The notes under the pieces were generated by a model. The model was given only the letters and a program-made list of their open reading frames with translations. It had not been told where the DNA came from and did not search any database. From contig CAZIMS010000009.1 in assembly GCA_964540515.1 (NCBI GenBank), positions 28,391 to 92,390 on the forward strand: DNA of 64,000 nucleotides. The letters run 5' to 3'. Numbering within the stretch: the stretch's first letter is position 1; every line of letters starts with the position of its first letter. The stretch is from an uncultured Pseudomonadota bacterium (GTDB taxonomy: Bacteria > CALINM01). Position numbers and translations under genes: made by a program. Positions 11,128-21,322 of this stretch are shown here, piece after piece.

Positions 11128-12452
11128 ATGATGAAAAAATTGGTAGTTTCGGTAGTGTTCTTTGCTGTCTTTATGATGTGTGGTAATGCTTTTTCAGCAG
11201 GTTTTGCTCTTATTGAGCAGAGTGTTAGTGGGTTAGGTAATGCCTATGCAGGTGGAGCAGCTCAAGCAGAGGATGCAACAACAATCTTTTATAATCCAGC
11301 AGGTATGACGAGGCTAAATGATCAGTTTATAGCAGGCCTACATTTTATCTCACCCAGTGCAAAGTTTAAAGATAATGGTTCTTCAAGACTCAATCCTTTA
11401 ATAGGGTCTCTTGGAACCAATAATGGTGGTGATGGGGGTGTTAATGCACTTGTTCCTAATATATTTTAAAAAAGATTAGCGACAAGGGAGCCTTTGGTTT
11501 GGGTGTCAATGTTCCCTTTGGTCTCGGCACTGAGTACCCCAGTGATTGGATAGGTAGATATCACGCAATAAAATCAGATATGATGACTTTAAACATAAAT
11601 CCATCCTTTGCCTATAAGGTTACTGACAAATTTAGTAAAGGTACAGGTGTAAGTGTTCAATATATAAAGGCAGAGCTTTCAAGTGCTGTTGATCAAAAGT
11701 TAATTTTAGCCTCGCAGGGAGCACCAGCTGGTGTTTGGGGAGCTGCTTCTGATTCATATTCCTCAATGGAAGGTGATGGATGGGGATATGGATATAATTT
11801 GGGTTTATTATATGAACTTTCCAAGGATACAAGGTTTGGTTTAGCCTATCGTTCAAGAGTTCAACAGTCCTTAGAGGGTGATATAAAGTTTTCAAATGTT
11901 CATACTCTTCTCTCACCAAGTCCAAACTTCCAAAATCGTTCAATTAAGGCCGATGTAGATTTACCCGATACAGTATCAGCCTCCTTTTATTCTAAAATAA
12001 CAGCCAAACTGGCCCTTATGGCAGACGTTACTTGGACTAAGTGGAGTAGGTTTAAAGAACTTAGGGTAAAAAGTACAAATGGTGCCTCTGATATTCTCAC
12101 AACAGAAAATTGGGATGATAATTATAGATACTCTTTAGGTTTAAGTTATTATGCTGATAATAAATCCACCTTCAGATTTGGTGTTGCCTATGATGAGACA
12201 CCTGTTCCAAGTCCTCAATATAGAACACCAAGAATACCAGATGGTAGTAGGAAGTGGATAGCTGCTGGTTTTGGCCATAAATTTTCAGAAAAAATTTCCT
12301 TTGATTTAGGAGCTGCCTATCTCTTTGTAAATGACCCAAAAATAAATCAGATTGCAACTCCGACTAACGAAAATGCAGTTAGAGGCAATTTAATAGGTAC
12401 CTATGACTGCAATGTGAAGATATTGAGTGCTCAAGTTAATTATAACTTCTAA
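11128..12452 (+). pseudogene. FadL/OmpP1-family outer-membrane transporter, interrupted by a frameshift near 11457..11475
   Basis: ORFs 11128..11469 (frame 1) and 11499..12452 (frame 3) are contiguous parts of one FadL-like protein; break sits in a T4/A6 homopolymer run. Confidence 0.6.
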
Positions 12453-12466
12453 GATTTAGAGGTTAG

Positions 12467-12496
12467 GAGGGCTTTAAAGCCCTCTCCTCTTTAAAC
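12467..12496 (+). terminator. Putative intrinsic terminator downstream of the FadL-like gene
   Basis: Perfect palindrome GAGGGCTTTAAAGCCCTC followed by a modest T-rich stretch. Confidence 0.4.
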
Positions 12497-12677
12497 AATA
12501 AAACACTCAATTAATTTGGAGCTTTGCTAAAATACTAATTAAGCGCTATTTGTATAATTAAGATGAGGTATCAAGCCCTAACTCTATTTTCTTTAACCGT
12601 ATCTTTACAAATCTTTTTTATCTCTCTTAATCTTTTTAGTATGAATGTACCTGCAATAACATTGGAAAATAAATTTT

Positions 12678-12706
12678 TTGACTACTTTAAAACAATAACT
12701 TAAAAT
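12678..12706 (+). promoter_or_regulatory. Sigma-70-type promoter for tRNA-Sec
   Basis: TTGACT, 17-bp spacer, TAAAAT; predicted start coincides with the mature tRNA 5' end at 12713. Confidence 0.55.
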
Positions 12707-12712
12707 ATTAAT

Positions 12713-12802
12713 GGAAGTGCAAGGGCTCCTGGTGGGCTCCACGGACTTCAAATCCGATGTTCCTCGAGAGGGGAAGGTGGGTTCGATTCCCATGCACTTC
12801 CG
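12713..12802 (+). tRNA. selC: Selenocysteine tRNA (anticodon TCA)
   Basis: 8-bp acceptor stem GGAAGTGC/GCACTTCC with G discriminator, 6-bp D-stem, anticodon loop CTTCAAA, long variable arm, GTTCGATTCC T-loop; strong resemblance to bacterial selC; no encoded CCA. Confidence 0.8.
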
Positions 12803-12824
12803 TAATTTAAAGGAGGTCTGCGTT

Positions 12825-13022
12825 ATGTTTGGATTAGGGTTACCTGAGCTTTTAGTTATATTGGTGATAATTATTCTTGTATTTGGTGTTGGCAAGCTAC
12901 CTGAGGTAGGAGCTGGTATTGGCAAGGCAATTAAAAACTTCAAGAAGTCTGTTAATGAGCCTGATGCCATAGATGTTACACCAAAAAATGAGGCAAAGAA
13001 AGAAGAAGAAAAAAAGGCGTAA
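12825..13022 (+). CDS. tatA: Twin-arginine translocase subunit TatA/E
   Basis: [27 protein letters not shown]...; AGGAGG 8 nt upstream of the ATG; the listed ORF 12711..13022 is an upstream extension through the tRNA. Confidence 0.85.
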   Translation: MFGLGLPELLVILVIIILVFGVGKLPEVGAGIGKAIKNFKKSVNEPDAIDVTPKNEAKKEEEKKA

Positions 13023-13042
13023 GTTTATTTCAGAGTTTCTCT

Positions 13043-14026
13043 TTGGTCACTAAGGTTTTTAGTATATCTGATAATATCAATCAGATTATAGCTCAATGTA
13101 TAAGTATCCTAAAAATGGGTGGTCTCGTAGCCTTTCCAACAGAAACAGTGTATGGATTAGGCGCAATGGCCTTTGACCTTACAGGAGTTAACAAAATTTA
13201 TGAGGTTAAGGGAAGACCCAAAGACAACCCTCTAATATATCATGTATCTTCAATAGACTGGATAGAGAAGCTTGCCAAACTATCAGAGAAGGAGTATAAA
13301 ATCATAGAAAAATTCTTTCCAGGTCCATTAACATTGGTACTAAACAGCAAGATAGATAAGAGTTTTACTTTTAATCTAAATACCATCGCCATAAGAATGC
13401 CTGATAATCTTATTGCCCTTAAACTTATAAAAGAATGTGGTTCCCCTATAGTAGCCCCCAGTGCTAACCTCTCGGGAAGACCAAGTCCCACAAAGGTTGA
13501 GCACGTGATAGAAGATTTCTTGGGTAAGATTGATGCAATTATTGATGGTGGAGAGACTGTATATGGTATTGAGTCAACAGTTATAGATGCTACTTCTTAT
13601 CCCTATAGACTATTGAGATTAGGTGCTACTCCAATAGAAGATATTAGGGAGTGTGGATTTGAGATTCAAGCAGTTGACAGTAGTGAGTTGTTAAAAAGGT
13701 CTCCTGGAACAAGGTATAGACATTATGCACCAAGAGGAAAGTTAATAATAATTGAGAAGATAGAAGATTTAAAAAAACATAAAGAGGTTATGGAATATAA
13801 AAGATGCGGCTATATGGGTATTAGTGTTTTTGAAGGTATTACTATTTGTCAAAAAGAGATTTTTAGAGATGACAGGGAGTATTCGAGATATCTTTATGCT
13901 ACTTTAAGGTATTTTGATGCCCTAAATATAGAAGTAATATTTGCTGAGGCTTTACCAGAAGTGGGGTTAGGACGGGCAATAAATGATAGATTACGTAGAG
14001 CCAGGGGAGAAGAACCTAATTTATAA
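13043..14026 (+). CDS. tsaC: L-threonylcarbamoyladenylate synthase (Sua5/TsaC, YrdC domain plus Sua5 C-domain)
   Basis: VAFPTETVYGLG motif, 327 aa; start codon uncertain (non-ATG in track). Confidence 0.8.
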   Translation: MVTKVFSISDNINQIIAQCISILKMGGLVAFPTETVYGLGAMAFDLTGVNKIYEVKGRPKDNPLIYHVSSIDWIEKLAKLSEKEYKIIEKFFPGPLTLVLNSKIDKSFTFNLNTIAIRMPDNLIALKLIKECGSPIVAPSANLSGRPSPTKVEHVIEDFLGKIDAIIDGGETVYGIESTVIDATSYPYRLLRLGATPIEDIRECGFEIQAVDSSELLKRSPGTRYRHYAPRGKLIIIEKIEDLKKHKEVMEYKRCGYMGISVFEGITICQKEIFRDDREYSRYLYATLRYFDALNIEVIFAEALPEVGLGRAINDRLRRARGEEPNL

Positions 14027-14046
14027 AAAGAGCTTAACCATATACA

Positions 14047-15822
14047 TTAATTTAAATAGTATATTAGCAAGTAAAGCAATAGAAAAAAGGTTACGTATAA
14101 AACAGTTGTACCTATAGGCCAGTGTTTTACCATGTCTAAAGGATATTTTTCTATGATGGTTTTTAGCTCTTTTTCTTCCCTTTTTGCACCTAATATGTAT
14201 AAAAGGCTCTCAAGGATTATTTTGGAAGCAAGCAAAGGATTTCTCGAGAACCATATAAACCATTTAAGGATATTTCTATAAAAGATCTTCTCAATGAGCT
14301 TATTTAGCTCTTCTTGGAAGAAATAAAAGGCTTTTAAGATTAGTCTTGTACCTTTCCTATAAAACCAGTCTGTGTCTAAGATAATATAGTAATTTTTTGC
14401 ATCTAAATTCTTTAGGTAAAGAGTAAAAGCAACAAAACCACCCAAAAAAAGCTGAATCACAAAGATTATGTGTTCAATAGTATAGGGTTCATAAGAAACT
14501 TTATAGGGAAGAGCTTGATATAAAATATTTGGGTAGATGCCAATAATAAGGCAGAGTGATGATGCTAAAAACATCGCTATTGTCATATTTGTTGGGATAG
14601 ATTTTGTAATTATTTCTTCCTTTTTCTTTGAGAAAAATGCCAAATAGGGCAACTTTAGGGCTACTGAGATAAAAGTGCCTGTTGAAGCAAGATTTAGCAT
14701 TAGCCAAGCAAATACATTATGTTCTTCTTGGCTTGCTGTTATTGTTAATGATTTACTTACAAAACCAGAAAGAAGGGGAGCACCCGAGATAGAAAGGGCA
14801 CCTATGGCGTAGAATATAAAGATATTTTTTAATTTTGATAACAATCCACCCAACTCGTTAAGCCTTTCTTTACCAGTTGAGTAAATTATTGCTCCAACAG
14901 ACATAAAAAGTAGTCCCTTATATATTATATGAGTAAAGGCATGGGAGATGGCACCATTTATTGCTAAAGGAGAGCCTAACCCTACCCCTACCACCATAAA
15001 TCCTACCTGACTTATAATGTGATAAGATAGAAGCCTTCTCATATCAAGGACCATAAAGGCATAAATTACACCATAAACTGCCATTAATGATCCTAAAATT
15101 ATAAGGAGCTCAAAGCCTGAAAAAAATCTTATAAGAACGTATACAGCGCTTTTTGTAGTATAGGCAGATAAAAAAACTGAGCCACCAATTGTTGATTGGG
15201 GATAGGAGTCAGGCAGCCATGCAGAGAAGGGGATTGATGCGGCGTTTATTAAAAATCCCACAAGTATTAAATAGCTTGATAAGCCTTTGGAGTTAAAATT
15301 GTTAAAAGAGAAAAGGCCTGATTCTTTATAAATAAGGATTATGCCTGATAAAAGGAAAAAGCCACCCAAAAGATGTATAAGGAGGTATCTAAGCCCAGCC
15401 TCTTTTGAAGAAGAGTTTTTAGCTTGCCAAATTATAAAGGTAGAAAAGACTGCCATAAGCTCCCAAAAGAAGAAGAGGGATAGAAAATCACCAGCGAAGA
15501 CAAGACCTAAAGAACTTCCACCATAGATAAGAGGAAATATCTTTTCCGCTTTGTCTTTACTATGGAGATTATAGATAATTCCGATAAAGGCGATGATTAG
15601 AAAAACGTAAAAGAAGGGAAGGTTTATCCTATCGTAATGAAATAGCTTAATACTTTGGTCTAAGAAATGGTAAGCAATAACATCATCCTGTAAGCTGAAA
15701 AAGTGAATTAATGATATAATGGGGGTGACAACTAAAACAATATCTCCAAACTTCTTAGGTAGAAGAGTTATCACCAGAGCAGATAAGAAAAAAATGATAT
15801 AAGGAGGCATAAGCTCAATCAT
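14047..15822 (-). CDS. Mrp/complex-I-type proton-conducting membrane subunit (MrpA/NuoL-like, 591 aa)
   Basis: Polytopic membrane protein with NuoL/M/N-like core in an Mrp gene cluster. Confidence 0.65.
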   Translation of the reverse strand: MIELMPPYIIFFLSALVITLLPKKFGDIVLVVTPIISLIHFFSLQDDVIAYHFLDQSIKLFHYDRINLPFFYVFLIIAFIGIIYNLHSKDKAEKIFPLIYGGSSLGLVFAGDFLSLFFFWELMAVFSTFIIWQAKNSSSKEAGLRYLLIHLLGGFFLLSGIILIYKESGLFSFNNFNSKGLSSYLILVGFLINAASIPFSAWLPDSYPQSTIGGSVFLSAYTTKSAVYVLIRFFSGFELLIILGSLMAVYGVIYAFMVLDMRRLLSYHIISQVGFMVVGVGLGSPLAINGAISHAFTHIIYKGLLFMSVGAIIYSTGKERLNELGGLLSKLKNIFIFYAIGALSISGAPLLSGFVSKSLTITASQEEHNVFAWLMLNLASTGTFISVALKLPYLAFFSKKKEEIITKSIPTNMTIAMFLASSLCLIIGIYPNILYQALPYKVSYEPYTIEHIIFVIQLFLGGFVAFTLYLKNLDAKNYYIILDTDWFYRKGTRLILKAFYFFQEELNKLIEKIFYRNILKWFIWFSRNPLLASKIILESLLYILGAKREEKELKTIIEKYPLDMVKHWPIGTTVLYVTFFLLLYLLIYYLN

Positions 15823-16045
15823 AGTAATCCTCTTTTTTATTAAGCCCTATCTTTTTTGCAAGGTAGGTTATAAAAATTATGAGGTAGGCAAATAAAAAAC
15901 CTAAAATTGCGTAAAATGATGGTATCTTCTCTACAGAAAAATGCACATATTTTTTAGTCAAAACTTCAATGAAAAGAAGTATTAAAAACATAAGTAAGGA
16001 AAGAATTAAGGCTCTATATCTCTTTTCTTTACCAGTAAATAGCAA
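15815..16045 (-). CDS. Small membrane protein in Mrp cluster
   Basis: 76 aa, two predicted TM helices, translationally coupled to neighbours. Confidence 0.4.
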   Translation of the reverse strand: MLFTGKEKRYRALILSLLMFLILLFIEVLTKKYVHFSVEKIPSFYAILGFLFAYLIIFITYLAKKIGLNKKEDYYD

Positions 16046-16047
16046 CT

Positions 16048-17514
16048 TTAGCCTCCAACAAAAGTAGTTAAGTAGTCATAACTAAAAAACAAAGCTATGG
16101 TAATAAGTCCCGTAATCAAAAGAGATAGTTCCATAAAATAGATATATTGACCATCTACTTTATCTATATTTTTAGTAGGCTTAGGGCTTTCATTTTTGAA
16201 AAAGGCAGCGTAAACAATAGGCATAAAATATGAGGCATTTAAAAGAGTACTAATTGCTAAGATTGTAAATAAAAAGTAACAATTAGAGTTTGCGATCCCC
16301 TTCATAAGTAGAAATTTGCTGATAAAACCACCAAATCCAGGCATGCCAATCATAGATAGACTGCCAAAAGTAAAGGCGATCATTGTGATTGGCATCCTTT
16401 TTCCAATCCCGTCAAGTTTTGATATCTCTGATATATGGGTTTTCACATATATGGCACCAGCGCAGAAAAAGAGTGTAATCTTGCCAAAGGCGTGCATTAC
16501 CAGATGGGTAAGAGCTGAGGTTAAGGCATATTTGTTTACCAAAGAGAGCCCTAAAACTATATAAGATAGTTGTGATATAGTAGAGTAGGCGAGTCTTAGT
16601 TTTAGGTTGTCCTGTTTTAGTGCGATCATAGATGAGAAAACTATTGTAACTGAAGATACAAACATAAGTATGTAGTGTCCATTTATAGTAATTAATATCT
16701 CGGGAGTGAAAATATAGTTTGTTATGCGATATAAAACAAAAACTCCAGCTTTTACTACAGCTACGGCATGAAGAAGGGCACTTACAGGAGTAGGTGCTAC
16801 CATGGCGTTAGGGAGCCAGCTGTGCATCGGCATAATGGCTGTTTTTGATACACCAAATAGAAAGAGAAGAAAAATAACTATCAAGATTTTTTCATTTTGA
16901 TAGTTATTAAAAAGCCCATTACTATTATAATAGTTATTTCCAGAAATACCTTGTGTTAAGATAATAGCAGTCATGAAAAATAAAAGAGAGGTACCCAAAA
17001 GATAGACCAAATACTTTCTTCCAGCTCTTTTGGTCTCCTCTGATCCTTTGTGGGTAACCAGTGGATAGGTAAAAAGTGTTATAAGCTCATAAAAAATAAA
17101 GGTTGTAACAAGGTTTGCGGAGAAAGCTAATGCAGTAGTTGCGAAAAGGGTTAGGGCGAAAAATGTATAGAAACTAGTTTCTTTTTTATCTTTTAAACCT
17201 CTTAAATATCCTATTGAGTAGATAGTTGTGATAATCCAAAGAAAAGAGGCTACCCCTGCAAAAAGTATTGAAGAAGTGTCTGTTTTAAAAGATAGAGCAA
17301 TTGTAGGAGTTATCTTTATAAGTTCAAAAAAAAGTATTCTTTCTGATAGGTATTCCTGTGCCATTTTTAGTACTAATATGAACATACCAAAGGCAGCTAT
17401 AATTGAAAGACCTTCTTTGACATTTTTGTAGTCTTTAAATATAACCATAAAAGGAGTAATTATTAAGGCTAAGAAGGGAACTAAGACAGGTAGAATGCTA
17501 CTATATGTTTCCAT
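16048..17514 (-). CDS. Mrp antiporter subunit D-like (NuoM/N family, 488 aa)
   Basis: Polytopic NuoM/N-like membrane protein. Confidence 0.7.
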   Translation of the reverse strand: METYSSILPVLVPFLALIITPFMVIFKDYKNVKEGLSIIAAFGMFILVLKMAQEYLSERILFFELIKITPTIALSFKTDTSSILFAGVASFLWIITTIYSIGYLRGLKDKKETSFYTFFALTLFATTALAFSANLVTTFIFYELITLFTYPLVTHKGSEETKRAGRKYLVYLLGTSLLFFMTAIILTQGISGNNYYNSNGLFNNYQNEKILIVIFLLFLFGVSKTAIMPMHSWLPNAMVAPTPVSALLHAVAVVKAGVFVLYRITNYIFTPEILITINGHYILMFVSSVTIVFSSMIALKQDNLKLRLAYSTISQLSYIVLGLSLVNKYALTSALTHLVMHAFGKITLFFCAGAIYVKTHISEISKLDGIGKRMPITMIAFTFGSLSMIGMPGFGGFISKFLLMKGIANSNCYFLFTILAISTLLNASYFMPIVYAAFFKNESPKPTKNIDKVDGQYIYFMELSLLITGLITIALFFSYDYLTTFVGG

Positions 17515-17517
17515 AAA

Positions 17518-18981
17518 CTAATGTCCTATTAGTATCTTTACTGCATCTCTTGAGAGAGCAAGAGGTAGATCAGTAATGATCCCAAAGAATAAACAAAGTA
17601 AAGCTAATATACCTGTAGGGATAAGCATACTTAAAGGCATCTCCGATACTGACTGTGGTAAATCCTTTTCTTTGAAATAGGCTATCTCTATTATGCGCCA
17701 TATATAGATTAGACTTAGAGTGGAGCTTATAACTATTACAGAGATAACTAAAAAGTTATTAAGAGAAAAGGCTCCTAGAAGGAGATACCATTTGCTTAAA
17801 AAACCTACCGTTAAAGGGACTCCTACAAGTGATAATCCTGCAATTATGAAGAGAGCCATAGTAAAGGGCATCTCTTTTGCTATACCTTTCATGTCAGAGA
17901 TATTTTCAATACCCCTTTTATATAAAAGCCCTCCAGCTATAAAAAAAAGGCAGCCCTTCATTAATGAGTGATTGAATATATGTAATATACTACCTTGTAA
18001 TGCTATCTCATTACCCATAGCAAGACCTAAGGTTATATAACCGATCTGACCTACACTGGAATAGGCAAGCATCTTTTTTAAGTTTTTCTGCGACAAAGCC
18101 AGAAAAGACCCTGCTAATATGGCAACAAGAGAGATAAAGACAAAAACCTTGTTAAAAGGTATAACATTTATATCAAACTCAATAGTAAAGACGGAGTATA
18201 AGATTCTTATTAAGGCATAGGCGCTAACCTTTGTGCCAGTAGCAGCCAGCAAGGCACCAACAGGTGAGGGAGCGTAAGTATAGGCATTTGGAAGCCATAT
18301 ATGGAGTGGAAAAAGGGCTAACTTAAGACTTAAACCAAGAGTAAGAAAGGCAAAGGCAGTGCGCACCATCTTTGAATGATAGAGTGGTACTAACCTTAAC
18401 TTTATATCGGCCATATTTAAAGAGCCTGTTGCCATAAAAAGATAACCTACTCCAATAAGAAAAAAAGTAGCTCCAATAGTTCCTAAAATAAGATAGTTAT
18501 AACTTGCCATTAAAGACTGCCTCTTATTTCCCATGGCTATTAAGGTGTAGCTACTAAGTGATGCGATCTCCACGAAAACATAAAGATTAAAGATATCACC
18601 AGTTATAACTATACCCAATATGCCAGTGAAGAAAAGGTTTAGAAGACAGTAAAAAAGGGCTATTCTTTTTTCCTCTATCTCTTTTTCGAGACTTTTTTTT
18701 GAATAGATAATTACGAGAAGATATACAGAAGAGATAATTATAAGTAATGTTAAACTCAATCCATCAACTACGTACTCAATCCCATAGGGAGGTTCATAAC
18801 CTCCAAACCAGTAGAACTCCCTACCATAAAGGAGTACTCTTTTTAATGTAGACACAATTAAAAGGAAGGTTAATATCGCTCCAGATAGGGCTACGTAAAA
18901 GGCAGATTTTCTGTTTATCATTCCGAAAAGAGGTATAAAGAGAGAGATAAATAGGGGTAGGATAACTATAAAAACAATCAT
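17518..18981 (-). CDS. mrpD: Mrp antiporter subunit D (NuoM/N family, 487 aa)
   Basis: Polytopic NuoM/N-like membrane protein adjacent to mrpC. Confidence 0.7.
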   Translation of the reverse strand: MIVFIVILPLFISLFIPLFGMINRKSAFYVALSGAILTFLLIVSTLKRVLLYGREFYWFGGYEPPYGIEYVVDGLSLTLLIIISSVYLLVIIYSKKSLEKEIEEKRIALFYCLLNLFFTGILGIVITGDIFNLYVFVEIASLSSYTLIAMGNKRQSLMASYNYLILGTIGATFFLIGVGYLFMATGSLNMADIKLRLVPLYHSKMVRTAFAFLTLGLSLKLALFPLHIWLPNAYTYAPSPVGALLAATGTKVSAYALIRILYSVFTIEFDINVIPFNKVFVFISLVAILAGSFLALSQKNLKKMLAYSSVGQIGYITLGLAMGNEIALQGSILHIFNHSLMKGCLFFIAGGLLYKRGIENISDMKGIAKEMPFTMALFIIAGLSLVGVPLTVGFLSKWYLLLGAFSLNNFLVISVIVISSTLSLIYIWRIIEIAYFKEKDLPQSVSEMPLSMLIPTGILALLCLFFGIITDLPLALSRDAVKILIGH

Positions 18982-19355
18982 TAATTAGCCCTGTTTTCTT
19001 CTTCCGAGAGAATTTTAAGAATCTGTTCTTCCTCTATTGTTCGAAAACTCTTATAAATTCTTATTATTAATGCTAAAGCAACGGCTGTTGTGCTTATAGC
19101 AACTACTATTGCAGTTAGAATTAAAACGTGAGGGATGGGATTATCATATATTGAAGCCTTATCCCAGTGTATAGGTGCTGTCCCATCTTTTACCTTTCCC
19201 ATTGATATATAAAAAAGAAATACGGAAATTTGAAATATATTCATACCAATAATCTTTTTTATAAGATTATTTTTGGCTATCATGCCGTATAGCCCTATCA
19301 TCATAAGTAGTATTGATATCCAGTAGTTAAATTTTGATACTATAAAATCAAACAT
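18981..19355 (-). CDS. mrpC: Mrp antiporter subunit C (NuoK-like)
   Basis: 124 aa, three TM helices, NuoK-like. Confidence 0.7.
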   Translation of the reverse strand: MFDFIVSKFNYWISILLMMIGLYGMIAKNNLIKKIIGMNIFQISVFLFYISMGKVKDGTAPIHWDKASIYDNPIPHVLILTAIVVAISTTAVALALIIRIYKSFRTIEEEQILKILSEEENRAN

Positions 19356-19758
19356 CCTTTTTCCTTGCTATATCAAAGATAAATATTACCATTACAGCAG
19401 AAACTGTGATAGCAATCCCAACCTCTATAGCGAAAATACCGAGATGAGCGGCAAGATGTGGGTTTTTGAAAGGTAGTTTTGTATATTCAAGATACTGTCC
19501 GCCCCACAGTATGCACAAAAATCCAACGGTTGCAAAAATTATAGCGCCTAAAGAGCCAAAAATATCCATTAGTTTTAGAGAAAAGAGCCTTTTTCCCTTC
19601 TCAAGTCCAAAAACCACAATGTAGAGTATAATGCTTGTTCCAAATATTACTCCTCCCTGGAAACCTCCACCAGGACCCAAATCACCATGGGCAACTACGT
19701 ATAGTGCATAAAGCTGAATAAAAGGTATCATCTTTCTTGTGATATAGGCTATTATCAT
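19348..19758 (-). CDS. mrpB: Mrp antiporter subunit B
   Basis: GPGGGFQGG motif typical of MnhB. Confidence 0.7.
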   Translation of the reverse strand: MIIAYITRKMIPFIQLYALYVVAHGDLGPGGGFQGGVIFGTSIILYIVVFGLEKGKRLFSLKLMDIFGSLGAIIFATVGFLCILWGGQYLEYTKLPFKNPHLAAHLGIFAIEVGIAITVSAVMVIFIFDIARKKDV

Positions 19759-20292
19759 TTATATACCCTCTTTTCGCCTTAAAAGAATTACTACTGCAAC
19801 ACCAGCAGTAAATATTACTGTTGTCTCACCTAAAGTATCATAACCTCTGTAGCTTGCTAAGATGGCTGTAACAAAATTTTTTATTCCCAATTCAGCCATA
19901 GAGCCAATAACGTATCGAGGGGCAAGGACATTATATGCCGGTGCCTCTATATCACCAAAAGCTGGCATATCAATAGTACCATATATCAAAACAAAACCTG
20001 TAAGAACTACCATTGTTAAGGCAAAGAGATTATAAATATTGATTTTTTTTGTTTTTTTAGTTTCTTCTTCTCTTTTTGTTCTGCTTAAGGCTGAAAGGAA
20101 TATGATTGTAGATACGCCAGCTCCTACAGCGGCTTCAGTAAAGGCCACATCTACCGCATTTAATCTTGTCCAGACTATGGTCATAACAAGACTAAAGGCA
20201 CTTAAAATAATTACAGAGCTTAACAAATCTTTAGTATTAATAGCATAGATGGAAAAAATAACCAAAAATATAAGTAAAAAAATATCAATCAT
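19759..20292 (-). CDS. MnhB-related membrane protein (DUF4040-like N-terminal MrpB/MbhD-E homologue)
   Basis: 177 aa hydrophobic protein preceding mrpB. Confidence 0.55.
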   Translation of the reverse strand: MIDIFLLIFLVIFSIYAINTKDLLSSVIILSAFSLVMTIVWTRLNAVDVAFTEAAVGAGVSTIIFLSALSRTKREEETKKTKKINIYNLFALTMVVLTGFVLIYGTIDMPAFGDIEAPAYNVLAPRYVIGSMAELGIKNFVTAILASYRGYDTLGETTVIFTAGVAVVILLRRKEGI

Positions 20293-20602
20293 CTTTTCTC
20301 TCTTTTGTCCAGTGTTTTAGACCACTTAAATAAGCTGATTTAACAAGCGCATGTGTGGCCGTTGGGTTTGCGATAAGAACAAAGCATATGATAAAAAAGA
20401 GTTTTACGCTAATAAGAGATAAACCTTCATATATAATTAAACCAGTTAATATAAGGATCTGTCCCATTGTATCGGCCTTACCTGCTGGGTGGACTCTTGT
20501 ATAAAAATCTGGTAACCTTACTATTCCTATGGATGCGACAATTATAAAAAAACAACCTAAAAAGATAAAAACACCAGATATAATGGTTCTTAATTCTATC
20601 AT
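20285..20602 (-). CDS. mrpG: Mrp antiporter subunit G
   Basis: RLPDFYTRVHPAGKADTMG motif. Confidence 0.7.
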   Translation of the reverse strand: MIELRTIISGVFIFLGCFFIIVASIGIVRLPDFYTRVHPAGKADTMGQILILTGLIIYEGLSLISVKLFFIICFVLIANPTATHALVKSAYLSGLKHWTKERKDD

Positions 20603-20859
20603 CCTAATTTACCAGTACTTCTGTATTTTAAAAAGGCAATAGTGGCAACAAAGTTAATAAGGGCATAAAGAAGGGCGATATCTAAAAAATGTGGTCTTCC
20701 ATAGGAAAAGCCAATTAGAGAGAGTATTATAACAGCCTTTGTGCCTATAAAATTTATAGCCAAGACTCTATCAAAAATGTTTGGTCCCTTAATAGCTCTA
20801 TATATTACAAGGGAAGAAGACAGTATTAGTAAAAGTAAGGCAGTATCAAACATTTTCAA
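20599..20859 (-). CDS. mrpF: Mrp antiporter subunit F
   Basis: 86-aa membrane protein between mrpE and mrpG. Confidence 0.65.
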   Translation of the reverse strand: MKMFDTALLLLILSSSLVIYRAIKGPNIFDRVLAINFIGTKAVIILSLIGFSYGRPHFLDIALLYALINFVATIAFLKYRSTGKLG

Positions 20860-21322
20860 TATCTTTAATTCTTTTTTCCATTTTTCCAGTCATTAATGAT
20901 TGAGCATAATTAGACACTAAAGAATGAACTATAAACTCCTTTTTTTTGTCAACATCTATAGTAACTGTTCCTGGTGTCAAGGTAATGGAGTTTGCATATG
21001 TTACTATACAAAAATCTGTCTCTAATTCAGAGCTAAATTTAACAATAACAGGGTCAATAGGAAGTTTGGGGTGTAGAACTCTATAAACTAAATCTATATT
21101 TGCAAGAATTATCTCGTATATTAAAAAGGGTAGATATTTTAAAAAATTTATAAATCTAAGCAGACCTTTCTTAAGATCTCTCTCTGAGATAAGTAGATCT
21201 TTTGATAAGTAGCCAACTAAAAGGCTTGAGATTATACCAGAAAAAATAAGTATAGGGTTTGTCTCTCCTGAGAGCAAAAACCAGAAACAAAAAAGTAAAA
21301 TTGCTGTGACTAAAAACCTCAT
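20846..21322 (-). CDS. mrpE: Mrp antiporter subunit E
   Basis: MnhE-like with TLTPGT motif; first gene of cluster. Confidence 0.7.
   Translation of the reverse strand: MRFLVTAILLFCFWFLLSGETNPILIFSGIISSLLVGYLSKDLLISERDLKKGLLRFINFLKYLPFLIYEIILANIDLVYRVLHPKLPIDPVIVKFSSELETDFCIVTYANSITLTPGTVTIDVDKKKEFIVHSLVSNYAQSLMTGKMEKRIKDIENV

Noticed and set aside
12711-12824. N-terminal extension of ORF 12711..13022 ([13 protein letters not shown]...)
   Set aside because: This stretch is the tRNA-Sec gene read as protein; tatA starts at the ATG at 12825 with its own AGGAGG site.
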